Origin: an uncultured Candidatus Saccharibacteria bacterium
GTDB lineage: Bacteria; Patescibacteriota; Minisyncoccia; UBA6257; 2-01-FULL-56-20
Direction: 5' to 3'
Assembly: GCA_964387675.1 (NCBI GenBank)
Contig: CAYLWL010000001.1
Span: forward strand, 1,099-65,098
Length of the DNA stretch: 64,000 nt
The stretch's first letter is position 1. Each line of letters starts with the position of its first letter. Below the pieces are notes generated by a model. That model made no database searches. It was not told the origin of the DNA and saw nothing but the letters and a program-made list of their open reading frames with translations. Below, one piece after another: positions 1 through 9,118 of this stretch. The position numbers and the translations under genes are program-made.

Positions 1-332
1 ACTTTCCCGGTCTTGATGTATTCATCGCGAAGTTTCGGTTCGACTTGGGTGAAAAACTTTCCGCAGAACGGACACTGATAATCGCCGTATTCGATGAACG
101 CGACCGGCGCCTTCGGGTCTCCCAAAATAACGTCGCGGGAAGATATGTCTGTCGCGGCGCTTGCTCCGACATTCGCCAGCTGATTTTTGAGGTTTCCGAC
201 CGCGGCCGGAGCTGAATTCTTGTTTCCGACAAGATAGACAATCGAGCCGGAAATCATAATCCCGGCAACAAGAATGCTTGCGGGCAAAAAATAGTCGCGT
301 CGCTGGCCGGATGCTTCTTTCATCTCTTCCAT
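1..332 (-). CDS. DsbA-like thioredoxin-fold protein, truncated by the window edge
   Basis: Minus-strand translation runs MEEMKEAS...FIEYGDYQCPFCGKFFTQVEPKLRDEYIKTGK. It has a CPFC redox motif and an N-terminal membrane anchor. The start codon is at 332. Confidence 0.6.
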   Translation of the reverse strand, partial: MEEMKEASGQRRDYFLPASILVAGIMISGSIVYLVGNKNSAPAAVGNLKNQLANVGASAATDISSRDVILGDPKAPVAFIEYGDYQCPFCGKFFTQVEPKLRDEYIKTGK

Positions 333-377
333 GTAAGTCAGTATATCAAAACGCTCGCGACGGTCAAGCGGCAAAAA

Positions 378-1028
378 TCATACATCCCGCAAGGCGCGGT
401 CGTTGGGAAACAGGTTTCCGGCAATCTTGAAAATTCCGTACGTAATGAACGGGGCCGCGAAAACGTCTATGGAATAGTGGGCGTGGGCCAAGAGCATTGT
501 CGCCGCGAAAAGAACGGTCGCGGCGCAGAAAAATCTTCGCCACAATTTTTCTTTCCAAAACAGCAGCATCATAAGAAAAGGGAAGCCGGTGTGGCCGGAA
601 AAAAAATAATTTCCCGGAAAAGTAAAAATACCCAAAAAGCCGCCGATGGTGCCGCCGGGATCGATCGAGGTATCGTTCGGATACACCCCGATATGGGTAA
701 GACTCATAAAGAAAGACCTGAAGATAATGAAGAGCGCGGACGCTTTCAGGCCGAAAAGCAAATACCGGGGACGAAGAACCATAAAAATGACGCAAAACGC
801 CCAAAAGAGAAACGCGACTGTCCCGATCATAAAATCCAAATTGACCACCGGCAGATTGTCCAAGAATATATCGCCGACGGAATTCGCGGAAAGGGCCTGT
901 TTTTCGGAATACTTGCCGACGCCGATCTGGATCACTAAGCTCAAAACGACAAGGAGGATGGCAAGGTAAAGCGAATGCTTGTGGCGCTCGGTCCAGAATC
1001 CTTTGTGTTCGGAAAATAAACTTCGCAT
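378..1028 (-). CDS. PAP2-family membrane phosphatase
   Basis: 216-aa multi-transmembrane protein. PAP2 motifs are present: RP, FSGHTG and AHAHYSIDV. Confidence 0.5.
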   Translation of the reverse strand: MRSLFSEHKGFWTERHKHSLYLAILLVVLSLVIQIGVGKYSEKQALSANSVGDIFLDNLPVVNLDFMIGTVAFLFWAFCVIFMVLRPRYLLFGLKASALFIIFRSFFMSLTHIGVYPNDTSIDPGGTIGGFLGIFTFPGNYFFSGHTGFPFLMMLLFWKEKLWRRFFCAATVLFAATMLLAHAHYSIDVFAAPFITYGIFKIAGNLFPNDRALRDV

Positions 1029-1076
1029 GTACGCTCATTATCTCACATCTCCCGCGGAAGTGATAGAATAAAGCAC

Positions 1077-1679
1077 ATGGCGACCTCAACCTTAGCGGCA
1101 GCGACACAGTGGGCGGTAAGCTACGGCTATCCGCTCATGTTTCTCGCGATGTTCGTCGAAGGACCCGCCGTTACCGCGATAGGAGCTTTCGCCGCCGCCT
1201 TAGGATACTTCGATATTCGGATTGTCTTCTTTCTATCCATTTTAGGAAGCTTGATTCCGGACGTGGCTTATTATGCGCTTGGTTTTTGGGGACGAAAAAA
1301 ATTAATAGATAAATACGGGCGCTATTTCGGCATCACCCCCGAACGCTCGGCCAAGGTTGAAAAACTCATAAACCAGAATGTCGGTAAAGCGCTCGCCTTC
1401 ATAAAACTCTTTCCGCTGATTGCCACGCCCGGCCTGATCATTGCCGGCGCAAGCCGCGTTGACCTTAAAAAATACGTTTGGTGGAGTTTGATTATCACCG
1501 TTCCGAGTTCCGGTTTCTTTCTCGTTCTCGGCTACTACTTCGGCGCGGCGTACGATAAGATCGTAAACTACCTTAACTACGGCGGCTATCTCGCGGCTCT
1601 GGCGCTCGTGATGTTCGTATTGATCTCCTATGTTTGGAAAAAGCTATCCGCGAAGTTCGCCGAAAAACTCGGCGAGTGA
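1077..1679 (+). CDS. DedA/VTT-family membrane protein
   Basis: 200-aa membrane protein with the DedA-like pattern (FVEGP...GY...LIPDVAYYALG...RVDLKKYVWWSLI). Confidence 0.6.
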   Translation: MATSTLAAATQWAVSYGYPLMFLAMFVEGPAVTAIGAFAAALGYFDIRIVFFLSILGSLIPDVAYYALGFWGRKKLIDKYGRYFGITPERSAKVEKLINQNVGKALAFIKLFPLIATPGLIIAGASRVDLKKYVWWSLIITVPSSGFFLVLGYYFGAAYDKIVNYLNYGGYLAALALVMFVLISYVWKKLSAKFAEKLGE

Positions 1680-1728
1680 TTCAGGTATCAAACGTTAGAT
1701 ACTGTGTATGTACTATGCGTTCATATTT

Positions 1729-1764
1729 CTTGACACTTGACGCCTGACGCCTGACACTTGACAC
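1729..1764. repeat. Tandem heptad repeat (CTTGACA/CCTGACG x5) ending about 10 nt before the GT4 start codon
   Basis: cttgacacttgacgcctgacgcctgacacttgacac read directly. A near-identical array lies upstream of the NYN gene at 32467-32510. Confidence 0.8.
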
Positions 1765-1773
1765 AAAACCAAC

Positions 1774-2967
1774 ATGCGCATAGCAATTTTTTCAGACGTG
1801 TTTTATCCGGAACTGTCCGGAGTGTCGGACTCCGTCGTCTCTCTTTCAAAAGAGCTCGCCAAACAAGGCCACTTTATAAACTTTTACGTTCCGAGATATT
1901 CTCCGGAGGACTACAAGAAAGTCGGTGTGCCGGAAAAAGAACCCGACTTCGGCCAGAATATAAAAATCGTCCGCTTTTCTTCCATCCACATAAGCGCCGG
2001 CACCGGACAAGGGCGCGGTGTGATACCTTCTTTTTGGAGATGGCGCGAGGTAAAAAAATTCCGGCCGGACGTGATACACGCACAGCTCTTCTTCGGCGTG
2101 GGGCTTGAAGCCCTCATCGCCTCGCGAAGGATCGGAGTTCCTCTCATCGGCACGAACCACACCGCCGTCAAAGAATTTCTCCGCTACTCGCCCGTGAGGT
2201 CGGAAAGAACGGATCGTTGGATCCTTCAATATGTAAACTGGTACTACGGCAAATGTGTTCTCACAACCGCGCCGTCACAATCGGTGATTGACGAAATGGA
2301 GCGATACGGATTCAAAGGAAAAAGCGCCGTGCTTTCAAATCCAATTGATACGAACGTTTTCCGCCCTGCCGGCAATAAAACGGCGCTCAAGAAAAAATAC
2401 GGCTTGTCCGATTTCTGCCTGATGTACGCCGGCAGATTAGCGCCGGAGAAAAACGTGGACGTAATAATAAAGGCCTTGGCGCTCGCAAAAAAATCTATTC
2501 CCGAAGCACAACTTGCGATCGCCGGCACCGGCACCGAAGAGCAAAACCTTAAACACCTTGCCGGTTCTCTGGGCGTAGAAAAGTCCATAAAGTTTTTGGG
2601 ATTTCTCGACCACGCAAAACTTGCCGAGGCCTACAACGCCTCGGAGGCATTCGTTATGATGAGCACATCGGAAACCCAGGGCCTCGTAATGATGCAGGCA
2701 ATGGCTTGTGGCATTCCGGTGATAGGAGCGCGAGCAAGAGCGCTCCCGGAGTATATCAATACAGAAAACGGGATTTTGGTGGAACCGGATGATCACAAAA
2801 CGCTCGCCGAGAAAATAGTTTTTCTTCTTACCAACGATAATGTAAGAAAAAAACTTGGCGCGGGAGCGCGGGAATCGGTTCAGAAGTTTTCAGCGCCGGC
2901 TGTCGCCAAAGAATGGGAGCAAATTTACGAAAGGGCGATTGCGGACTACAATAGAAGTAATCGCTAA
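1774..2967 (+). CDS. Glycosyltransferase family 4
   Basis: 397 aa. N-terminal MRIAIFSDVFYPELSGV, and a C-terminal GT4 core (E..G..MMQAMACGIPVIG). Confidence 0.75.
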   Translation: MRIAIFSDVFYPELSGVSDSVVSLSKELAKQGHFINFYVPRYSPEDYKKVGVPEKEPDFGQNIKIVRFSSIHISAGTGQGRGVIPSFWRWREVKKFRPDVIHAQLFFGVGLEALIASRRIGVPLIGTNHTAVKEFLRYSPVRSERTDRWILQYVNWYYGKCVLTTAPSQSVIDEMERYGFKGKSAVLSNPIDTNVFRPAGNKTALKKKYGLSDFCLMYAGRLAPEKNVDVIIKALALAKKSIPEAQLAIAGTGTEEQNLKHLAGSLGVEKSIKFLGFLDHAKLAEAYNASEAFVMMSTSETQGLVMMQAMACGIPVIGARARALPEYINTENGILVEPDDHKTLAEKIVFLLTNDNVRKKLGAGARESVQKFSAPAVAKEWEQIYERAIADYNRSNR

Positions 2968-3059
2968 TAACGCGAATAACACGGGGTAATAATGCGAATA
3001 CAACAGGAAATTAAATTCGCGTTATTAAAATAAAAATTAGCATTATTCGCGATTACTCC
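2968..3059. repeat. Intergenic repeat family L1, copy A, abutting the GT2 start codon
   Basis: About 90 bp with internal inverted repeats (taataacgcgaataa ... ttattcgcattatta). It is about 85% identical to the reverse complement of 63270-63372. It ends in cgcgattactccATG. Confidence 0.75.
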
Positions 3060-3956
3060 ATGAAACTAAGCTTCGTCATCCCCGCCTACAATGAGGAGCG
3101 CCATATTGGTCTGTGTCTTGATTCTATTTTTAAAGAACTGCGCGGCACCTCGTACGATGTGGAGGTTATTGTCGTCAACAACGCCTCGACGGATCGAACG
3201 CGCGAGATCGCGGCGCGGTACAAGGAAGCAAGAATCGTTGACGAACCTCGAAAGGGCCTCGTCTGGGCCCGCCGCGCGGGTTTTTTGGCTTCAACCGGTG
3301 ATTTGATTGCCAACATTGACGCCGACACGATACTGCCGTCCGGCTGGCTCAAGAAAGCATTTGACGAGTTCGGTGAAAACCAGAAGCTTATTGCCCTGAG
3401 CGGACCGTACATTCTTTACGATTTGCCGCCGACGATAAACTTTTTCGTGAAAACTTTTTTCTTCCCCATTTCTTTTTTGGGATATATGGTCAACCGATTC
3501 ATATTACGGGGCGGATCGATGGTGCTGGGAGGCAACTACGTCATAAGAAAATGGGCGCTTCAAAAAATAGGCGGTTACAACACCGAAATCGGATTCTACG
3601 GCGAGGACGCGGACATCTCCCGGCGCGCGGCCAAGCTGGGACCGGTGAAGTTCACGTATAAATTTCCGATCTACACCTCCGGCCGGCGCATCGCGAAAGA
3701 GGGCGCTTTTACCATGGGGGTGAGATACGGCGCGAACTATCTTTCCATGATGATTTTCCAAAGACCGAAGACCAAAACGTATGTAGACGTGAGGATTGAA
3801 AACGGCGGAGAGAAGCTAAAGTATGAACCGGAAAATAAATCGAAGGAATGGACGATTGCCTCGATTACGATTATTATTCTCTTTGCGATCATCGCGGGGC
3901 TGGGATTCGGAGCGTATCGGCTTGGCATCGTGATCGCGCGGCTCTTGTTCCTTTGA
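3060..3956 (+). CDS. Glycosyltransferase family 2
   Basis: N-terminus LSFVIPAYNEERHIGLCLDS...VIVVNNASTDRT, with a C-terminal transmembrane helix. Its stop overlaps the next start as TGATG. Confidence 0.7.
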   Translation: MKLSFVIPAYNEERHIGLCLDSIFKELRGTSYDVEVIVVNNASTDRTREIAARYKEARIVDEPRKGLVWARRAGFLASTGDLIANIDADTILPSGWLKKAFDEFGENQKLIALSGPYILYDLPPTINFFVKTFFFPISFLGYMVNRFILRGGSMVLGGNYVIRKWALQKIGGYNTEIGFYGEDADISRRAAKLGPVKFTYKFPIYTSGRRIAKEGAFTMGVRYGANYLSMMIFQRPKTKTYVDVRIENGGEKLKYEPENKSKEWTIASITIIILFAIIAGLGFGAYRLGIVIARLLFL

Positions 3957-5293
3957 TGAATATCTTCAATAAATCGAAAATATTGATGCTCATAGCGGGC
4001 GACGTGATCGCTCTCTACTGCAGTTTGTTTTTGGCGCTCTTTATACGATACGGCGGTGATTTTTACGGCCAATTCGCCGAAAATCATGTTACTCCGTTCA
4101 CGGTCGTCTTTCTTCTGTGGATCGCTATTTTCTATATTTCCGGGCTCTATGACCTCCGCCGCCTCCGCAACAACTTGGAATTCCTGAAAACGCTGTGGCT
4201 TGCCCTTGTGGTTAACGCGGTCTTTGCCGTCTTTTTCTTCTACCTCGTCCCCGCGTTCGGCATCACCCCGAAAACAAATCTTTTTATCTTTATGGCCATC
4301 TTCGCCCTCTTCGAAACGTACTGGCGCAGGTTTTTTAATCGCGCCGTTTCTTCCGGAGAGGCGCCCTACAAAGTGCTCGCGGTCGGCAACGGCGACACCG
4401 CCAGGGAAATCTACGAATTCGTGAAGCAAAACCCCCAGCTGGGATATAAGATCGAAGAAAGCGTCAAAGAAGACGCGGTAGAATCAAATCCCAAAAAAAT
4501 TTACGAACTGGCAATTTCCAAAAAAATAAATTTGATCATCATCCCGCGGCATCTGAAAAGCAACCCCTTCTTAATCCGCGAACTCTACGGCCTGCTGAAC
4601 AAGGGCGTGGAGATCAGAGATCTGCCGAACTTTTACGAACTCACCCTGCGGAAGGTGCCCCTCGCGGACCTCGAAGAAGCGTGGTTCCTTGAAAATCTCG
4701 TTGGCCAGCAACGATTCTACGACCAGCTGAAACGGGCCGCCGAACTCCTCTTCGCGCTCGTTCTCGGGATAATACTCTTGCCCATCGAACTCATCATCGC
4801 CGCAATCATCAAGATTGCTTCGCCGGGGCCGCTCGTATATAAACAGATACGGACCGGAAAAAACGGCAGAGCATTTATGCTCTACAAGTTCCGGACAATG
4901 AAAATTGACGCAGAGAAAAACGGCGCAGAGTGGGCAAGCGAGAAAGATTCACGAGCCACCGCTTTCGGAAAGATTCTCCGCCACACGCATCTTGACGAGC
5001 TCCCCCAGCTTATTAACATCATAAAAGGAGACCTTTCTTTCGTCGGGCCGAGGCCGGAAAGACCGGAATTCGTGGCGCCGCTCAAAGAGCGAATTCCTTA
5101 TTACGAAGTGCGCCTCCTCGTAAAACCTGGGGTAACCGGATGGGCCCAGATCAGTTACCGTTACGGCGCCTCCGTCGAGGACGCCTACGAGAAACTGCAA
5201 TACGACATCTACTACATAAAAAATCGCTCGGTTATTTTCGACCTCACCATCATCTTGAGAACAATAAAAACGTTATTTACAGCGCCGAAATGA
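3956..5293 (+). CDS. Polyprenyl-phosphate sugar phosphotransferase (WbaP/PglC-type bacterial sugar transferase)
   Basis: N-terminal transmembrane helices. C-terminal conserved block PLVYKQIRTGKNGRAFMLYKFRTM...LDELPQLINIIKGDLSFVGPRPERPEF. Confidence 0.75.
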   Translation: MNIFNKSKILMLIAGDVIALYCSLFLALFIRYGGDFYGQFAENHVTPFTVVFLLWIAIFYISGLYDLRRLRNNLEFLKTLWLALVVNAVFAVFFFYLVPAFGITPKTNLFIFMAIFALFETYWRRFFNRAVSSGEAPYKVLAVGNGDTAREIYEFVKQNPQLGYKIEESVKEDAVESNPKKIYELAISKKINLIIIPRHLKSNPFLIRELYGLLNKGVEIRDLPNFYELTLRKVPLADLEEAWFLENLVGQQRFYDQLKRAAELLFALVLGIILLPIELIIAAIIKIASPGPLVYKQIRTGKNGRAFMLYKFRTMKIDAEKNGAEWASEKDSRATAFGKILRHTHLDELPQLINIIKGDLSFVGPRPERPEFVAPLKERIPYYEVRLLVKPGVTGWAQISYRYGASVEDAYEKLQYDIYYIKNRSVIFDLTIILRTIKTLFTAPK

Positions 5294-6210
5294 AAATACT
5301 TATAACGGGCGGCGCCGGCTTCATTGCTTCACACGTTGCCGATGCCTATATAAAATCGGGACATAAGGTTGTCGTTGTGGACAATCTCTTAACCGGCTTC
5401 AGAAAAAATGTGAATCCAGGGGCGAAGTTTTATAAAGCCGATATTCAGAACCTCCGGGTGATGGAAAAAATATTCAAAAAGGAACGGCCGGAGGTCGTGA
5501 ACCATCACGCCGCGATAGCCGAAGTGGTAAAATCCCTCCGCAACCCGATCCCCACGATGGAGACGAACGTTATCGGAACCACAAATTTGCTTGTTGCTTT
5601 CGGAAAATACGCGCGCGGTAAAAAGAAAAGGTTTCTTTTTTCGTCTACCGGAGGGGCGATTTACGGCGAACCGAAAAAGATCCCGGCCGACGAAAACACC
5701 CCCGCCGTTCCCCTTTCTCCGTATGGCCTCTCAAAACTGCTCGGCGAGGAAATCATAAAGTTCTACGCCCGCCAGTACGGCTTCGAATATCTCATATTCA
5801 GGTATCCGAACGTCTACGGCCCGAGGCAAAATCCGAAAGGCGAAGCCGGAGTCATCGCCATTTTCGGCTGGCTGATGAAGAACGGGAAAAAGCCGACGAT
5901 TTTCGGCGACGGCACGAAAGCCCGCGATTATATGCACGTGGGAGACATCGTGCGGGGAAATGTGGCGGCTCTCCGCAGAGGCAAAAACGAAATCGTAAAT
6001 CTTGGCTGGGGCAAGAAAGTGACTGATCGGATGATTTTCGACGCGATTGCCAAAAATGTCGGCTTCGAGGGCGGTCCTCGCTATGCCCCCTACCGGAAAG
6101 GAGAAGTGTATCAAATCGCGATAGACGCAAGAAAGGCGAAAAGAATCCTCGGCTGGAAACCGAAAATCACATTTACGGAAGGAATCAAACGAACGGTCGC
6201 GTCGTTATAG
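5290..6210 (+). CDS. NAD-dependent sugar epimerase/dehydratase (GalE-like)
   Basis: MKILITGGAGFIASHVADAY Rossmann motif. SDR active-site Y..xK (SPYGLSK). ATGA overlap with the upstream gene. Confidence 0.7.
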   Translation: MKILITGGAGFIASHVADAYIKSGHKVVVVDNLLTGFRKNVNPGAKFYKADIQNLRVMEKIFKKERPEVVNHHAAIAEVVKSLRNPIPTMETNVIGTTNLLVAFGKYARGKKKRFLFSSTGGAIYGEPKKIPADENTPAVPLSPYGLSKLLGEEIIKFYARQYGFEYLIFRYPNVYGPRQNPKGEAGVIAIFGWLMKNGKKPTIFGDGTKARDYMHVGDIVRGNVAALRRGKNEIVNLGWGKKVTDRMIFDAIAKNVGFEGGPRYAPYRKGEVYQIAIDARKAKRILGWKPKITFTEGIKRTVASL

Positions 6211-6211
6211 A

Positions 6212-6712
6212 TTACTTTCTTTTTCTCGTCGGGCTGGTTCTCGCAGCCAACGTTTTATATTTGTTCAAGAGCCAAGAACTGGATTGCACCTTGCCGCCAT
6301 CGCCGACGTTGTACACCATTCCGATGCCAAGCTTTTTGCATACCGCCACCTCGGGAACCGGATCGCCGTCGGGTTTCCGGTCGCCTCCGTTCGCAAACAC
6401 ATCCGGTTTCAAAGTCCGGAGTTCTCTCACCACGCTCATATCGGACGGGTTCGGCCCGTGGCCGCTCACCACCACACGATCCACGCCAGCAAGCGATTCG
6501 ATCACTTCTTTGCGCTCTTCCTGGGGCATAAAAGCATATCCCTTTTTCTTCTTTAACCAGTTATCATTATTTAATATGACCACCAGCTCATTCCCCAGTT
6601 TCTTGGCTCTTTTAAACAGGCGCACATGACCGACGTGCACGGGATCGAACCCACCGCTCACGGCCACCACCAACCTTTTTCTTTTTGCCGCTTTTCTACG
6701 CCGAGCAATCAT
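6212..6712 (-). CDS. Cytidylyltransferase-like sugar-phosphate nucleotidyltransferase (RfaE/HldE domain II-like)
   Basis: 166 aa. VAVSGGFDPVHVGHVRLF carries an HxGH nucleotidyltransferase motif. Confidence 0.55.
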   Translation of the reverse strand: MIARRRKAAKRKRLVVAVSGGFDPVHVGHVRLFKRAKKLGNELVVILNNDNWLKKKKGYAFMPQEERKEVIESLAGVDRVVVSGHGPNPSDMSVVRELRTLKPDVFANGGDRKPDGDPVPEVAVCKKLGIGMVYNVGDGGKVQSSSWLLNKYKTLAARTSPTRKRK

Positions 6713-6730
6713 TAACTTAATATACTATCT

Positions 6731-8251
6731 ATGTGGAACAACGTCAAGAAGCTTCTGTTTAAAAATACGTCAACTCGCCAAACCGTCGCCAAAAACACTT
6801 TTTGGCTCGCAGTGTCGAACGTGGGCGGACGGCTTACGCGCGCGGTCATCATCATCTACTCGGCGCGGGTTCTGGGAGCCGCCGAGTGGGGAATTTTTTC
6901 GTACGCCGTATCCCTTGTTGGATTTGTCTCGGTTTTCACCGACATCGGTATCAGCCCAATCCTCGTGCGAGAAACCGCGAAGTCACGAGAAGATCCCGAG
7001 AGGCAAAGAAAGATACTTTCCACCTCCTTCTATCTCAAAGTGTTTCTCCTCGCCCTCGGTGTCCTGGCCGTCATATTTATTGCCCCGCGCTTTATGTCGC
7101 TCGAAAGCCCGAGCGTCAGCACAGTTCTTGTTTTCGTCACATTCATCCTCGCCTTCGACACTATGCGCGAGTTCGGCTTCTCGCTGATCCGAGCGCTCGA
7201 AAAAATGGAGTGGGAAGCGGGTCTCTACCTTCTCACGAACCTCGCCATTGTCGTGACAGGATTCGCGGCGCTCTACCTCTCGCGATCAGTCGTATCCTTC
7301 ACCTTCGCGTACGCCCTCGGAACCGGCATTGGTATGATGGCAACAATCTTCATCCTTTGGACCACTTTTCGAGAAAAGATACGCGGCCTCTTCTTCAGCT
7401 TTTCCAAAAAACTCATGTGGTACGTTCTGGAATCGGCGTGGCCATTCGCCATTTCGAGTTTCTTGGGTGTCTTGCTGATCAATACCGACATTTTGATCAT
7501 CGGCTGGCTCCGCTCCGCGGAAGACGTGGGTCTCTATTCCGCCGGCCAACGGGTGGTCCAGTTATTGTATTTACTTCCTTCAATAATTAATACGAGCTTG
7601 CTACCCACGTTCTCGCGCCTCGCAGGGAAGGACGACCAGAAGTTGCGCTCGACGCTCGAAGGGGTATTGGCATTTGTTTTTCTCATCGCCATCCCCCTCT
7701 CCCTTGGCGGACTGATCTTAGGAAAAGAAATAATCGGCTTTCTCTTTGGAGGGGGCTATGTGAAAGCGGCGCTTCCGTTCCAGGTACTCATGCTCACCAT
7801 GCTTATCGATTTCCCCACCGTGATACTCTCAAGCATGATCTTCGCGTACGACAAGCAAAAAAATCTGATGATCTACTCCGCGATCGGTGGAGTTTCTAAT
7901 GTTATATTCGATCTGCTCTTTATCCCTCGATTCGGCATCGCGGGATCAGCCATTGCCACGTTATCCGCCCAGTTTTTGGGCCAAATCTACCTGAGGCACA
8001 CCGCCAAGAAAGTTAATTACTTCGTGATAGCTCCTCATCTCAAAAAAATCTTCACGGCCGCGGCGGTCATGATGCTTCCTTTACTGCTTCTCAAACTAGC
8101 CGGAGCGCACGTGCTCCTTACGATTGTCGTTTCCGCCGCGGTCTACCTCGGAGTATTGCTTTTCCTCAAAGAACCCATAGTCCGAGAGGCAAAACTCATC
8201 CTACGAGCAGGCGCTTCAGCCGCGCCAGAGGAAAGTGTATCGCTTTCTTGA
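6731..8251 (+). CDS. Polysaccharide biosynthesis protein, Wzx-like flippase (MOP superfamily)
   Basis: 506 aa with about 12-14 predicted transmembrane helices. It sits inside the glycan locus. Confidence 0.6.
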   Translation: MWNNVKKLLFKNTSTRQTVAKNTFWLAVSNVGGRLTRAVIIIYSARVLGAAEWGIFSYAVSLVGFVSVFTDIGISPILVRETAKSREDPERQRKILSTSFYLKVFLLALGVLAVIFIAPRFMSLESPSVSTVLVFVTFILAFDTMREFGFSLIRALEKMEWEAGLYLLTNLAIVVTGFAALYLSRSVVSFTFAYALGTGIGMMATIFILWTTFREKIRGLFFSFSKKLMWYVLESAWPFAISSFLGVLLINTDILIIGWLRSAEDVGLYSAGQRVVQLLYLLPSIINTSLLPTFSRLAGKDDQKLRSTLEGVLAFVFLIAIPLSLGGLILGKEIIGFLFGGGYVKAALPFQVLMLTMLIDFPTVILSSMIFAYDKQKNLMIYSAIGGVSNVIFDLLFIPRFGIAGSAIATLSAQFLGQIYLRHTAKKVNYFVIAPHLKKIFTAAAVMMLPLLLLKLAGAHVLLTIVVSAAVYLGVLLFLKEPIVREAKLILRAGASAAPEESVSLS

Positions 8252-9023
8252 TCCACCCCGGCAAAAAAGCATAGCAGTATTGCAGTTCGTTCAACGCGAG
8301 AGCCGGAAGATAGTGCGGATAACTTTTCCTGTACCGTTTCATGACCACGAGCGACGCCTTCAGGTGCGGCTTGATTTTGGCAATCGACGTATTCACATTG
8401 CTCATTGTGTAGTAAGAAAAATACTCCGGGAAGTTATACAATTTTCCAACGAGTCCCATCTTGAGCCAAAAGTCCCGGTCGCCGGAATATCGCGTTGTTT
8501 CATCGTACCGGCCAACCTGTTCGCCAACCGCTCGCCGGAAAACGGTGGTGCTGTTCGCTATCGGATTCCCGAAGAGCATCCTCTCTCTTATTTCTTTGTC
8601 GGTTTCCGGCTTCAGGTAACGATACAATTCTTTTCCGGCCTCATTTACGACGACAACGCCGCCGCCGCAACCAACGTACTCTGGATTTTTTTCTAAAAAA
8701 TCTATCTGTCTTTTTAACTTGTCTTTGCCTATCCAAGCGTCGTCGTCGTCGATCATCGCCACATATTCGCCTTTCGCGACGTTCAGTCCTTTGTTATAGT
8801 TTTTGGAAATGCCGTCGTTTGTTTCGCTTCTCACATACACGATCCTCGGCTCTCTCTTTTGCCATTCACGCACCACGATCGGCGTCTCGTCGGTTGAGCC
8901 GTCGTCGGCAATAATAAGCTCCCAATCGCCGAAGCTCTGCATACGCACAGATTCGATCGCCGGGCCAAGTTTTTTGGCGCGGTTCCAGGTCGCCAGAAGA
9001 ATACTTACTTGAGGATTCGTCAT
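8196..9023 (-). CDS. Glycosyltransferase family 2
   Basis: VSILLATWNRAKKLGPAIESVRMQSF...LIIADDGSTDET...MIDDDD (DxD). Confidence 0.65.
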   Translation of the reverse strand: MTNPQVSILLATWNRAKKLGPAIESVRMQSFGDWELIIADDGSTDETPIVVREWQKREPRIVYVRSETNDGISKNYNKGLNVAKGEYVAMIDDDDAWIGKDKLKRQIDFLEKNPEYVGCGGGVVVVNEAGKELYRYLKPETDKEIRERMLFGNPIANSTTVFRRAVGEQVGRYDETTRYSGDRDFWLKMGLVGKLYNFPEYFSYYTMSNVNTSIAKIKPHLKASLVVMKRYRKSYPHYLPALALNELQYCYAFLPGWIKKAIHFPLARLKRLLVG

Positions 9024-9118
9024 CCACTCAAAATAACAGGAAAAAAATCATTTGACAATTCACCGATTATCCGCTACAATCTAGCCAGCTGAATTCACTA
9101 CAATACTGGAGAATTTCG

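Noticed and set aside
477-969. Plus-strand ORFs of 153 and 107 aa inside the PAP2 gene region
   Set aside because: They are antisense to a membrane protein with PAP2 motifs. They are Lys/Arg-rich and lack structure.
1729-1764. TTGACA repeats read as stacked -35 promoter boxes
   Set aside because: The last repeat ends about 10 nt from the ATG. That leaves no room for a -10 box and transcription start, unless the mRNA is leaderless. Kept as an unexplained repeat instead.
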